DNA of 64,000 nt, taken from assembly GCA_020639315.1 (NCBI GenBank), contig JACKGM010000001.1:18511-82510 (forward strand), given 5' to 3'. A model generated the notes under the pieces. It made no database searches and was not told where the DNA came from. It saw only the letters and a program-made list of their open reading frames with translations. The DNA comes from Candidatus Nomurabacteria bacterium (lineage in GTDB: Bacteria > Patescibacteriota > Saccharimonadia > JAGOAT01). Shown here piece by piece: positions 25,873-35,128 of this stretch. Each line of letters opens with the position of its first letter. Position 1 is the stretch's first letter. A program made the translations under genes and the position numbers.

Positions 25873-26914
25873 AAATCACCTTTCCCTCGCCTGGATTAAT
25901 CAAAAATTCTCCCCCAGAATAAATCACTTGATTGGATTTTGTGACTTGACTAACCTTTCCTGGTACTACCATACCCGCAAAGGGACTCCACTGAGCCTTA
26001 CTAAAGAATTGGCTAGGGTCAAGCTCGTAGCTCTCCATCTTGATACTGATTAGATAATCTTCCGGCTCTAAGTTAAATATCTCTTTCGGTCTAGTATGGC
26101 ACTTATCTATTATTTGTTCGATGCTAATCTTACCCTGTTTGTACGCACTTAAGAGTAAGGGCAAAGTCGTCTCAAGCCCGGGCACACCAAATGCTCCTCC
26201 TACCTTATCCTCAAGTGTATGAGGAGCGTGATCAGACTCGACAATATCAATCTGGTCAAAATTCTCCCATAGATAATCTTGATCCCGTTCTGATTTGAGG
26301 CTAGGCAACATCTTAGCGTGATCACCAATCCTGCCTGTATCAAGTTCGCTTAAAAATAAATGATGAGGCGTAACGCCACAGGTCAGATTGTAACCTTGAC
26401 GCTTAGCCTTGATAATCTTTTCAAGCACTTCCTTGCTCGGCATATGACAGATATGGACTGGACGATTAAGACCTCTTAGCGACTCGAGTGCCAAGTCAAT
26501 AGTATCTTCCTCGCTATGGAGTAAGACGACCTTATCCTCCGGCCAAGCTTGATAAATCTTGCGCAGGTGTTCTATATCTAGCAAATACCCTCCAGTAGTC
26601 TTATTGAGGTATAGCTTAAGTCCGATCGCCAAATCACTGACCCCTGGGAATTGATCTAGATTGTCACCAAGAGAACCGAAGTGAAACCCAAGCTCAACCA
26701 AGGTTTTACCCTTGGCGATTGTGATTTTTTCTTCTAGCTTTTCTAGGCTAGTAATGGGCTGAGCATTGTTTGGCATATCGACGATGGTCGTGAACCCTCC
26801 AGCTAGGGCTGCCTTTGTGCCAGAGATAAAGTCTTCCTTAGTAGTCTGCCCAGGATCACGCAAGTGTACATGGACATCGATTAGGCCTGGTAGTAGTATT
26901 TTATCCTGGCTCAT
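25862..26914 (-). CDS. pyrC: Dihydroorotase
   Basis: Metal-binding LIDVHVHLRDPG, plus HLF and ESDHAPH motifs. Start placed at MSQDKILLPG (rc ATG 26912-26914), because the track N-terminal extension runs into a MITE fragment. Confidence 0.88.
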   Translation of the reverse strand: MSQDKILLPGLIDVHVHLRDPGQTTKEDFISGTKAALAGGFTTIVDMPNNAQPITSLEKLEEKITIAKGKTLVELGFHFGSLGDNLDQFPGVSDLAIGLKLYLNKTTGGYLLDIEHLRKIYQAWPEDKVVLLHSEEDTIDLALESLRGLNRPVHICHMPSKEVLEKIIKAKRQGYNLTCGVTPHHLFLSELDTGRIGDHAKMLPSLKSERDQDYLWENFDQIDIVESDHAPHTLEDKVGGAFGVPGLETTLPLLLSAYKQGKISIEQIIDKCHTRPKEIFNLEPEDYLISIKMESYELDPSQFFSKAQWSPFAGMVVPGKVSQVTKSNQVIYSGGEFLINPGEGKVIYGK

Positions 26915-26929
26915 TAATTTTAATTGTAT

Positions 26930-26970
26930 CATAGTTAAAAACAAAACCGGACAATGTGAGCTGTACTATA
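26930..26970 (-). mobile_element. MITE family B, terminal fragment abutting pyrC start
   Basis: CATAGTTAAAAACAAAACCGGACAATGTGAGCTGTACTATA matches the first 42 bp or so of the copies at 18856 and 36115. Confidence 0.75.
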
Positions 26971-27091
26971 ACCCCAGGGCTTACAAACCGCCCATGCTTG
27001 CAACTATTGGGATTTGGGGCTAATCTGAGATTATACTTACTTTAAATAACCTAGGCTTTAAGGCCTAAGATTCAAGGAATACTTAAAAATA

Positions 27092-28594
27092 ATGCTTACT
27101 CTAATACATAGCACTGCTCATATGGGGCTAGATAGCAAAGTGATCGATATCGAGACTCATGTCTCCAGTCGAGGACTTCCCAATATCATTGTAGTTGGAC
27201 TCGGAGATAAGGCAATCGAAGAAGCTAGAGAGCGGGTCAGTGCTGCGATTCGCAACTCGGGACTTCAGATACCTCAGAGCCGGATCACGATCAACCTTGC
27301 TCCAGCTGACTTACCCAAGACTGGTTCTAGTTTTGATTTGGCCTTAGCGATCGGGATTCTGTCTTCTAGTGAACAACTCTACTTGCCTAATAGTAAATCC
27401 CTTTTCATCGGAGAGCTATCACTCAATGGCAACTTACGCTCGACCAATTCGATTGTAGCCAGTACTCATCTGGCGCTAGAGCAAAACTTTGATGCGATCT
27501 ACCTTCCAGCCCCCAATGCCGAGCAAGCTTCGATTGTCCCCCAGATCAAAATCTATCCAGTCCAAAATCTTGCCCAACTAACCGATCACCTGACAGGTAA
27601 GACCCTGATAGAGCCGATCAAGACCAAACAACCAATTATCACTAGACCCAAGCCAAACCCTGATTTTGCTGAAATTTATGGTCAAGAAGCTGCCAAACGG
27701 GCGATGCTAATCGCCATCGCAGGGGGTCACAATATCTTACTGAGTGGGACACCAGGCGCTGGTAAGACCATGCTCGCTAAGGCTGCTAGAGGCATTTTAC
27801 CCCCGATGAATAAATCTGAAATGATGGAGGTCAATAAGATTCACTCTCTGACTAGAGACTTGACTAGCCTAATCACCGATCGACCTTTTCGCTCCCCTCA
27901 TCATACAGCTAGCAACATTTCTTTGATCGGTGGGGGCAAGATTCCTCGACCCGGTGAGGTCAGCCTCGCCCACAATGGTATCCTGTTTCTTGATGAGTTA
28001 CCAGAATTTCCCAAGACTGCTCTCGAAGTCTTGCGTCAGCCCCTAGAAGATGGGCATGTCAGTATTGCTAGAGCTCAGGCTAGCCTGAGCTTTCCAGCTG
28101 ATTTTATCCTGATCGCTACTCAAAATCCCTGTCCTTGTGGCTACTACGGAGACAATCTCAAAGAATGTATCTGCAATCTCGCCCAAATCCAACGGTACCA
28201 GAAGAAGATCTCTGGCCCACTTCTGGATAGAATTGATCTTTTGGTCAAAATTGATCGAGTCTCGATCGATCAGATGCATGGTAAGCAAGATGGAGAGAAT
28301 TCTGAGCGATTGCGTGACCAGATTATCAATGTTCGAAAAATCCAAGCTAGTCGTTATCGGGACTCACAAATCACCCTGAATAGCCAGCTGACCAATCGAA
28401 TGATTCAGCAATTCTGCCCCCTCGATCAATCCTGCCTTGATTTGACTTATCAAGCTCAATCTAGGCTAAAGTTGACTGGCAGGAGCTACCAGAGAGTGAT
28501 CCGAGTAGCCCGAACAATCGCTGATCTAGCAGGCTCGAGCAAGATCACTACCGATCATTTGCTCGAAGCTCTTAGCTACCGCCCGGCTTCCTGA
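27092..28594 (+). CDS. comM: YifB/ComM family Mg-chelatase-like AAA+ ATPase
   Basis: 500 aa with a Lon-like N-terminal domain, Walker A LSGTPGAGKTMLAK, GILFLDELPEF and a C-terminal ChlI-type region. Confidence 0.9.
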   Translation: MLTLIHSTAHMGLDSKVIDIETHVSSRGLPNIIVVGLGDKAIEEARERVSAAIRNSGLQIPQSRITINLAPADLPKTGSSFDLALAIGILSSSEQLYLPNSKSLFIGELSLNGNLRSTNSIVASTHLALEQNFDAIYLPAPNAEQASIVPQIKIYPVQNLAQLTDHLTGKTLIEPIKTKQPIITRPKPNPDFAEIYGQEAAKRAMLIAIAGGHNILLSGTPGAGKTMLAKAARGILPPMNKSEMMEVNKIHSLTRDLTSLITDRPFRSPHHTASNISLIGGGKIPRPGEVSLAHNGILFLDELPEFPKTALEVLRQPLEDGHVSIARAQASLSFPADFILIATQNPCPCGYYGDNLKECICNLAQIQRYQKKISGPLLDRIDLLVKIDRVSIDQMHGKQDGENSERLRDQIINVRKIQASRYRDSQITLNSQLTNRMIQQFCPLDQSCLDLTYQAQSRLKLTGRSYQRVIRVARTIADLAGSSKITTDHLLEALSYRPAS

Positions 28595-28620
28595 TAAGAT
28601 CTACTACATGGAGAGACTGT

Positions 28621-29048
28621 ATTTGTATCCGTCATACTCAGAGCTTGCTCTGGGTATCCAGAAAACTAACAACCAACATTAAAAGTAACTGGGTTAACTC
28701 AATACATTCAATCCATTATCTAGAGTTCTGGATCCCCAACTTTTCCTTCAAATCAAGGGCGGAAAAGTCGAGGATGACCCAAACTCCTGTCATCCTCCGA
28801 AACCCGTCCCTCTCTTGTCATCCTCCGAAACCCGCTCCTTGTCTTTGTTATCCTCCGAAGCTCGGAGAGCTTACGGGGGATCCAGTATTCCTGCATTGCC
28901 TTGAGATTCAATTCAAATACTGGATCTCCGGTATTTCTCTAAAGAGAAATCCGAATATGACACGAAGGGGGGCGGAAATTTGGGCTGTTGGCAGAGAAGG
29001 GATTGTCATCCTCCGAAACCCGGAGGGTTTACGGGGGACCTTGTATTG
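28621..29048. repeat. Family-A hairpin repeat cluster
   Basis: Begins GTCATACTCAGAGCTTGCTCTGGGTATCCAG and includes tandem half units and head-to-head doublets. It ends GTCATCCTCCGAAACCCGGAGGGTTTACGGGGGACC. Confidence 0.92.
28789..28935 (+). repeat. 147-bp direct repeat, copy 1 (family-A composite) left of the RelE/DinJ cassette
   Basis: 144/147 identical to 29750-29896. The differences are two G/A changes in CCGAAACCC versus CCAAAACCC, and GTTATCC versus GTCATCC. Confidence 0.9.
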
Positions 29049-29070
29049 CTACTTTATAAACATCTATCCC

Positions 29071-29331
29071 CTACCTGTAGAGCTGACTATGTGTGCCGAC
29101 AGCTACAAAGAGTACCTTACTTTCAGTTATGACTTGAAAATGTAGCCTTAAATCGCCTCCTGCACTTATAGAACGAAACCCTAACCACTCCCCTTTTAAC
29201 CCGTGATTACGAAGCGAGGGATTGGCTACGTCTTGTAAAAATAAAGCAACAGCAGCTCTAGCCTGTTGCTGTTTCTTGAGAGGTAGTTTCTCGAATTGTT
29301 TATTGAACACTTTAGTAAAATCAATGTCCAT
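29071..29331 (-). CDS. RelE/ParE superfamily toxin (YafQ-like)
   Basis: 86 aa. FNKQFEKLPLKKQQQ...LRNHGLKGEWLGFRSISAGGDLRLHF matches the RelE/ParE fold pattern. It lies 8 nt downstream of the antitoxin gene. Confidence 0.7.
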   Translation of the reverse strand: MDIDFTKVFNKQFEKLPLKKQQQARAAVALFLQDVANPSLRNHGLKGEWLGFRSISAGGDLRLHFQVITESKVLFVAVGTHSQLYR

Positions 29332-29338
29332 AATTTTG

Positions 29339-29620
29339 CTATTTCATTAAGCTATCCAGGTGGGCTAATGCCCCTTTTGCCCCCTTAGTATGTGTAATAT
29401 CACGGTCAGCTACATAATCGGCTTTAGCGTCCCTCATGATCTGTTCTAGGTAGGGAGTAGGCTCTAGGTTAGTACTCAAAACGACACGCCTATCTCGTAA
29501 AGTCTGTTTTACGACCATATTTACAAGAGCGGTACTAGACACACCTAACTCGGTAGCAAAAGTCTTTAGCTCCTGTTTGGTTTTCTCGTCAATCTTAATA
29601 CTTAACTGTACGCTACCCAT
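29339..29620 (-). CDS. RelB/DinJ-like ribbon-helix-helix antitoxin
   Basis: 93 aa. The N-terminal VQLSIKIDEKTKQELKTFATELGVSSTALVNMVVKQTL is an RHH-type segment like DinJ. Confidence 0.65.
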   Translation of the reverse strand: MGSVQLSIKIDEKTKQELKTFATELGVSSTALVNMVVKQTLRDRRVVLSTNLEPTPYLEQIMRDAKADYVADRDITHTKGAKGALAHLDSLMK

Positions 29621-29749
29621 AGTATAGTCATTGTATATCTATCGTATATGTATGTCAATACGATCGATATTGCTTTACAGCCCATAGTATATTCAATGGG
29701 GCCTGAAAGTATCTATCCTGATAACGACTTTAGTGAACGGTATTGTACC

Positions 29750-29896
29750 GTCATCCTCCAAAACCCGTCCCTCTCTTGTCATCCTCCAAAACCCGCTCCT
29801 TGTCTTTGTCATCCTCCGAAGCTCGGAGAGCTTACGGGGGATCCAGTATTCCTGCATTGCCTTGAGATTCAATTCAAATACTGGATCTCCGGTATT
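29750..29896 (+). repeat. 147-bp direct repeat, copy 2, right of the RelE/DinJ cassette
   Basis: See copy 1. The offset is 961 bp. Confidence 0.9.
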
Positions 29897-30103
29897 ACCC
29901 TTCGGGTAATCCGAAGATGACACGGGAAGGGATTGTCATCCTCCGAAACCCGGAGGGTTTACGGGGGATCCAGTATTCCTGCATTGCCTTGAGATTCAAT
30001 TCAAATACTGGATCTCCGGTATTACCCTTCGGGTAATCCGAAGATGACACGGGAAGGGATTGTCATCCTCCGAAGTTCGGAGAACTTACGGGGGACCTTG
30101 TAT
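29750..30103. repeat. Family-A hairpin repeat cluster with an internal ~100-bp tandem duplication
   Basis: The block ...CCAGTATTCCTGCATTGCCTTGAGATTCAATTCAAATACTGGATCTCCGGTATTACCCTTCGGGTAATCCGAAGATGACACGGGAAGGGATTGTCATCCTCCGAA... occurs twice in tandem. Confidence 0.92.
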
Positions 30104-30129
30104 CTCGTACTCCTACCAGGAGGCCACCC

Positions 30130-30456
30130 CTAAAGGGTAAAGAATTCAACCATCTGGCTACCCAGGCTGGTTTTTTCAAGCACTAGATAAGTCACCAGAT
30201 AAAACACCCCGACAATCGCTACCATGGTCAGCGACCGTTTGATCTCCCGATTGACATAATGTAGTCTCTGATCGATATAGACCTTGTCATGCTCGGCTTT
30301 GGCAGAAAGCTTCGGATTATCTTTGGGTTTGCTTATCTTAGCTGACTTCTTAGAAACCACTTCTTGGTCTGAGGCAGTCGCTTGATCGTTACTGACCTTT
30401 GAGGCTACAGGGCGAGCCTGAGACTTTTGCTTCTTCTTGATATGGGATTTTGGCAT
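30130..30456 (-). CDS. Small Lys-rich protein with C-terminal TM helix
   Basis: 108-aa ORF with a basic disordered N-terminus and the helix LTMVAIVGVFYLVTYLVL. TGCTACAAT (rc 30463-30471) lies 6 nt before the ATG. Confidence 0.55.
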   Translation of the reverse strand: MPKSHIKKKQKSQARPVASKVSNDQATASDQEVVSKKSAKISKPKDNPKLSAKAEHDKVYIDQRLHYVNREIKRSLTMVAIVGVFYLVTYLVLEKTSLGSQMVEFFTL

Positions 30457-30491
30457 AAGACTATTGTAGCATATGATATGATTAATAACAT

Positions 30492-30965
30492 ATGGAGAGG
30501 ATTGTTCTAACTATCGCTATACTGAGCTTGGCATTGTCAGCTTTCGCAATCAAGCAGCTTCATGACCTTAGAACAGTCTACAATAAGATTTTTGCCTACA
30601 ATAAGTCTGGTGGTGAAAAAACCGACCTAAGGCATCAGCTGGAACAGTACAGCTCTGAAGTCCAAAAGTGCCTAGATCAATTGGATCAATTGGCTGGGTA
30701 CACCGCCAAGCTCCACAAACAGATCCAAACCAGCTCCCAAAAGATTGGCCTGATTCGTTTCAATCCCTTTAAGGATACAGGTGGTGATCAAAGCTTTTGC
30801 CTGACTATTCTCGATGCCCACAATACAGGCTACTGCCTTTCTAGTATTCATACCCGTTCTGGCACCAGAGTCTATTGTAAAGAAATCCAAAAAGGTAAGA
30901 GCCTCCATCACCTTTCAGAAGAAGAACAAGCTTCTATCACGAAGGCAATCAGTGTAAAATATTAG
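30492..30965 (+). CDS. DUF4446 family protein
   Basis: 157 aa with an N-terminal TM helix, a coiled-coil segment and a C-terminal LIRFNPFKDTGGDQSFCLTILD...SIHTRSGTRVY pattern that I associate with DUF4446. Confidence 0.6.
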   Translation: MERIVLTIAILSLALSAFAIKQLHDLRTVYNKIFAYNKSGGEKTDLRHQLEQYSSEVQKCLDQLDQLAGYTAKLHKQIQTSSQKIGLIRFNPFKDTGGDQSFCLTILDAHNTGYCLSSIHTRSGTRVYCKEIQKGKSLHHLSEEEQASITKAISVKY

Positions 30966-30969
30966 CTGT

Positions 30970-31347
30970 ATGTTATTTCATAAAAAACTTAGACCCAGCA
31001 AGCAGAGTGAGCCAACAGCAGTATTATTCGAAACTCTACTGGGTGACAACCTAGATAGTGAAGGCACTATCACTAGTGACACTGACATCACAATCAGCTC
31101 GAAATTTCGAGGTCAGATTAAGACCTCAGCCAAGCTAACAATTGACCAAAATGCCGAAGTCGATGCCGAAGTCGAGGCTCAGGACCTAACTGTACTTGGC
31201 AAGCTCAATGGTAAAGCTGTAGTCAGCGGTCAGTCTGTACTTCACAATTCTGCCATCGCCAATGCCAATATCCGGACTGGTACCTTGAAGATTGAGACAG
31301 GTGCAGTCCTGATCGGCAAAATCTCTACTGCAGTAGTGGGTAAATAG
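30970..31347 (+). CDS. Bactofilin family cytoskeletal protein
   Basis: 125 aa of beta-helical repeat character (GQIKTSAKLTIDQNAEVDAEVEAQDLTVLGKLNGKAVV...GTLKIETGAVLIGKI). Confidence 0.7.
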   Translation: MLFHKKLRPSKQSEPTAVLFETLLGDNLDSEGTITSDTDITISSKFRGQIKTSAKLTIDQNAEVDAEVEAQDLTVLGKLNGKAVVSGQSVLHNSAIANANIRTGTLKIETGAVLIGKISTAVVGK

Positions 31348-31348
31348 G

Positions 31349-32167
31349 ATGTACGCTTTCTTAATCGATACCACAGTCAAAGTAGCCAAAAAGCAAGAAC
31401 TAATCAAAAAGATTCGTCAAGCTGCTGCCAAACAGTCCGTATTTGGTGCAAATTTCGCATTGGCCGATGAGACTCGGGCTGGTCAAGAGATTGCTTCCTT
31501 TATCAAACAAGTCAAGAAGGACTATCAGACTATTGTAGTAGTGGGAGATGACTGGACATTAGAAAGTGTGATCAATGAAATTCACTCCCAACAAGCCGAG
31601 ATTACTCTTGGATTTATCCCTCTGATCAAAACATCACATTATGCTGAATTGCTCAAGCTTGGCAATTGGAAACAAGCGATCAAGATTCTTCCCCAAAGAA
31701 GGACTATCAGTCTCAATCTCTGCTCGATCAACAATGAGCTTTTCTTGGACCAAGCAAAGCTCAGAGTGGTCAATACCTCATCTGACCTCTTGCCTCATCT
31801 AAAATTTCAGTTTGATGACAAACTGACGACCAAAGCCAGCACCGTCTGGGGCATCAGGGTAGTCAATAACAACCTTTGGAGAACCGAAACCCTAGACCAG
31901 TACCAAAGAAATCTCTTGATCGAAGGTTATGGAGGAGACCAGACCGGTAAAATCATGGGGACTAAGCTACTCAAGCGACTTAATACCCCCTTGAAACCTC
32001 AACTCAGTGACCAGCTGATCAATATTCACGCCGACAAGCTAGAGATTACGATTCGCAATGGGCATTTCCAGTATCAAGGTCAGGAACTTAGTGTCAACAA
32101 GATCCTGATTGGCGAGAGTTATCCAAAGCTCAATTTTATCGTGCCAAAAAAGACATTGCAGGGTTAG
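31349..32167 (+). CDS. Diacylglycerol/lipid kinase (DAGK_cat)-like protein, motif degenerate
   Basis: 272 aa. TIVVVGDDWTLESVINEI aligns to the GGDGT loop, but the motif is altered (GDDWT), so activity is uncertain. Confidence 0.4.
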   Translation: MYAFLIDTTVKVAKKQELIKKIRQAAAKQSVFGANFALADETRAGQEIASFIKQVKKDYQTIVVVGDDWTLESVINEIHSQQAEITLGFIPLIKTSHYAELLKLGNWKQAIKILPQRRTISLNLCSINNELFLDQAKLRVVNTSSDLLPHLKFQFDDKLTTKASTVWGIRVVNNNLWRTETLDQYQRNLLIEGYGGDQTGKIMGTKLLKRLNTPLKPQLSDQLINIHADKLEITIRNGHFQYQGQELSVNKILIGESYPKLNFIVPKKTLQG

Positions 32168-32204
32168 AGATTGTCCAAATTCCTCGATCCATCCTCTATG
32201 TCTT

Positions 32205-32372
32205 GTCATCCTCCGAAGTTCGGAGAACTTACGGGGGATCCAGCATTTCTGTATTACTGGGCAACTAATTCAAATACTGGATCTCCGGTATTACCCTCCG
32301 GGTAATCCGAAGATGACGAGGAGAGGGTTGTCATCCTCCGAAGTTCGGAGAACTTACGGGGGATCCAGTATT
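32205..32372. repeat. Family-A hairpin repeat cluster between convergent genes
   Basis: GTCATCCTCCGAAGTTCGGAGAACTTACGGGGGATCCAG occurs twice, flanking an inverted GGTATTACCCTCCGGGTAATCCGAAGATGAC unit. Confidence 0.92.
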
Positions 32373-32409
32373 CCTGTATTTAATCGGTATTCACTTCAAA
32401 TACCAAGCA

Positions 32410-34143
32410 CTACCCTATCTGATCAAACCCGACCAGCTCCACGCGATCTTGATCTCGATGCTTGAGCTCAACCTGATCACTAGCTAATGTCTTAGCACTA
32501 ATAACCAAGCGAATCGGATTACCAATCAAATCCGCATCGGCAAACTTCTCCCCTGCCCGAATATCAAGACGATCATCCCAGAGTACCTCAAGTCCTTGAC
32601 TAGTCATCGACTGGTATAATTCCTCCGCCTTGGTGTAAGCTGGCTCCTCTACACTCCTAGCTAACGAGATCAGATGATATCTGTATGGTGCTACCACTTC
32701 AGGCCAAATTATTCCCTTCTCATCATGATCAAGCTCGACTATTGTAGCAATAGTTCTACCTACCCCTATCCCGTAACATCCCATATAGTATGGCTTTCTA
32801 TCTCCATTCTGATCGGTATAATTGGCATTATCCATCAGTGATGAATAATGATACCCTAGCTGGAAAATATTCCCAACCTCTACACCTTTCTTGCCTTCAA
32901 GTGGTCCCCCTGAGACTGCAATATACCCTGGCTGAGCCAAGGCAATATCTGCGACCTTATCAGCTATAAAATCACGCTGATAATTGATGCCAAGATAGTC
33001 AAAATTATCCTGATTGGAGCCGCTGGCAGCATTGACCATCTTGACGACCGAATCATCGATTACTACTGTCAAATCTTCATCCTCTGGCAAGTTATCTCTA
33101 ATATCGACTGGAGAAATAAAGCCTGGGTAGCTACCTAATCGCTCGATTACTTCTTGGTCGGTCAATGGTTCGATCTGGCTGACATCTACCTGATGCGCGA
33201 GCTTTACTTCATTGACATCCAAATCTGCCCTGATGCAAGCCAAGACTAGTCGATTCTTGCCGGTCTTGTAGGCAACATTTTTGATATGATTGATTAGACT
33301 CAATTGATGGAATTCTACTCCATCTGCCATAGTCTTACCTCGCTTGGCTTCTACCAATTTAAGCTGTTGAGGCTCACTACCTGAACTGATCTTCTCTGGC
33401 TTTGGTCCACTATAATCATAGCTTTTATCAAAAACTGCTACATCCTGATGAGCCTGATAAGAGCCAGATTGATCGACTAGATAGTCACTTTCTCCTGCCT
33501 CGGTGTCAACAATATACTCGTGACAATACTCACCCCCGATATAGCCATTGTCAGACTCTACGCGGTGAGCATCGAGACCCAGTCTAGTGAAGATCGCCTG
33601 ATAAGCATCAGACATAGATTGATACTCTTTGGCAAAATCAGCCTCAGAACTATGAAAAGAATAAGCGTCCTTCATAATAAACTCCCGGACCCGCAGCAAC
33701 CCTCCCCTAGCCCTCAATTCATCTCGAAACTTCATCGAAAATTGGTAGAGATTGAGTGGCAAATCTCGATAGCTAATGTTAAATTTCCTGATCAGATCGA
33801 CTACCATTTCTTCAGCCGTACCCCCCAAGACAAATCTTGCTCCTCTCCTATCTTCGACCTGCATCAGCTCGAAGCCCGCTGCCTGATCTCGATTGGTCTC
33901 CTGCCAGAGATCCAGCGAGTGCAAGACTGGGGTGATAATTTCTTGAGCACCCCTCTTGTCCATTTCTGAGCGGATTACTTCGATCAATTTGTGCTGCACC
34001 CTGATCCCAAGTGGCAGTAAATAATACCTTCCAGCACTAGACTCCCTGATAAACCCTGCTTGAGTCAGGAGCCTGTGTGAATCGACTTTGTAATCCAGCC
34101 CAACTTCCTTACTGGGTTTGGCAAAAAGCTTTGAAAATTTCAT
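32410..34143 (-). CDS. proS: Proline--tRNA ligase
   Basis: 577 aa with class II aaRS motifs (FRDELRARGGLLRVREFIMKDAYSF; GCYGIGVGR) and an internal editing-domain-sized insertion. Confidence 0.92.
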   Translation of the reverse strand: MKFSKLFAKPSKEVGLDYKVDSHRLLTQAGFIRESSAGRYYLLPLGIRVQHKLIEVIRSEMDKRGAQEIITPVLHSLDLWQETNRDQAAGFELMQVEDRRGARFVLGGTAEEMVVDLIRKFNISYRDLPLNLYQFSMKFRDELRARGGLLRVREFIMKDAYSFHSSEADFAKEYQSMSDAYQAIFTRLGLDAHRVESDNGYIGGEYCHEYIVDTEAGESDYLVDQSGSYQAHQDVAVFDKSYDYSGPKPEKISSGSEPQQLKLVEAKRGKTMADGVEFHQLSLINHIKNVAYKTGKNRLVLACIRADLDVNEVKLAHQVDVSQIEPLTDQEVIERLGSYPGFISPVDIRDNLPEDEDLTVVIDDSVVKMVNAASGSNQDNFDYLGINYQRDFIADKVADIALAQPGYIAVSGGPLEGKKGVEVGNIFQLGYHYSSLMDNANYTDQNGDRKPYYMGCYGIGVGRTIATIVELDHDEKGIIWPEVVAPYRYHLISLARSVEEPAYTKAEELYQSMTSQGLEVLWDDRLDIRAGEKFADADLIGNPIRLVISAKTLASDQVELKHRDQDRVELVGFDQIG

Positions 34144-34149
34144 AGCCTA

Positions 34150-34158
34150 ATTGTATCA
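34150..34158 (-). promoter_or_regulatory. Extended -10 (TGATACAAT) 6 nt before the proS ATG
   Basis: Minus strand reads TGATACAAT-TAGGCT-ATG. Confidence 0.55.
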
Positions 34159-34211
34159 CCTTTCTCCACAGTAAGACATTCCCCTAAAAGTGACCCCCAT
34201 TTTTGCCATTT

Positions 34212-34270
34212 CAAGGGCACCCCTTGAGCATTTATATCTGTAAAAAAATTATTTTCAAGGGCACCCCTTG
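34212..34270 (-). repeat. Twin-palindrome module, type D (CAAGGGCACCCCTTG x2)
   Basis: Palindromes at 34212-34226 and 34256-34270 (44-bp period), with core TTTATATCTGT. It lies between divergent proS and infC. Confidence 0.9.
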
Positions 34271-34360
34271 AAAATAGCAAAAGCCCTAGAAGGTTGGATT
34301 TGTGTATTTTTAAGAAATATGATAAGTTAGGTAATGAATAAATGATGAAGATTATCAAGT

Positions 34361-34897
34361 TTGAATAACAAAGCGTCACAACCTAGGCGTAACTTCGTGC
34401 GGATCAACCAGCAGATCCGTGCTGATCAAGTGCGAGTATTGTCTGAAGATAAAGAGATGCTGGGGGTAATGAGTGTATCCGAAGCTCTTAATAGAGCCAA
34501 AGAGTCTGAACTAGACTTGGTAGAGATATCTCCAAATGCCAAACCTCCTGTGGTACGCATCGTCGACTGGGGTAAATACCGCTATGAAAAAGAAAAACAA
34601 GCCAAGCAAAATCAGAAAAATCAAAAGCAACAGGAGCTCAAACAAATCCGCTTGAGTCTCAAGATTAGTCCTCACGATCTAGATATCAAGATCGGCCAAG
34701 CCAAAAAGTTTTTGACCAAAGGTCACAAAGTCAAGCTAACCGTCAGGCTCAAAGGGCGCGAGATGCATCATAGCTACCTTGGTAAAGAGGTATTGGAGAA
34801 ATCTCTGGAAATCCTTGCTGACTCTGCCAAAGCCGATAGCACCGTCCGTAAATCAGGTCGGGAGTTCTCGATCACGGTCTCACCTGTCAAGAAGTAG
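34361..34897 (+). CDS. infC: Translation initiation factor IF-3
   Basis: 178 aa with RINQQIRADQVRVLSEDKEMLGVMS and KPPVVRIVDWGKYRYE. The only in-frame start after the upstream stop (34346-34348) is TTG 34361, consistent with the atypical starts known for infC. Confidence 0.9.
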   Translation: MNNKASQPRRNFVRINQQIRADQVRVLSEDKEMLGVMSVSEALNRAKESELDLVEISPNAKPPVVRIVDWGKYRYEKEKQAKQNQKNQKQQELKQIRLSLKISPHDLDIKIGQAKKFLTKGHKVKLTVRLKGREMHHSYLGKEVLEKSLEILADSAKADSTVRKSGREFSITVSPVKK

Positions 34898-34901
34898 TCT
34901 T

Positions 34902-35126
34902 CTACCAGATATTTGGGTCACGATTTAGTAAAGCTTTCCAGAAATCGAATATTCTTTTCGCTCTACCCCTCATACCTTCAGCATTCTTGCCTAACCTACT
35001 AAACAGATGTGTCTTAATGCTGTCGATAAGGGCTGTCGCCCTAGATGAACCCACATTAAGATCTAACCCTGATTCTCCACGATAATCATCTTTAAAGATG
35101 CCTAAATTGGGCTTAATATCCCTCAT
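34902..35126 (-). CDS. Hypothetical small protein
   Basis: 74-aa ORF starting 2 nt after the upstream ORF stop. No motif recognised. Confidence 0.4.
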   Translation of the reverse strand: MRDIKPNLGIFKDDYRGESGLDLNVGSSRATALIDSIKTHLFSRLGKNAEGMRGRAKRIFDFWKALLNRDPNIW

Positions 35127-35128
35127 TT

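Noticed and set aside
28645-29145. Track ORFs that run through repeat clusters (28645..29145, 11198..11440, 14586..14816, 20776..20997, 29648..29920, 29693..29923, 32109..32465, 39300..39569, 49265..49447, 52142..52390, 43420..43650, 43473..43658, 56007..56204)
   Set aside because: Their translations are repeat units read in frame (recurring ILRNPEGLRG, SSSEVRRTYGGS, HPPKLGELTGDP). They occur on both strands of the same DNA, have no start context, and vanish where the repeats end.
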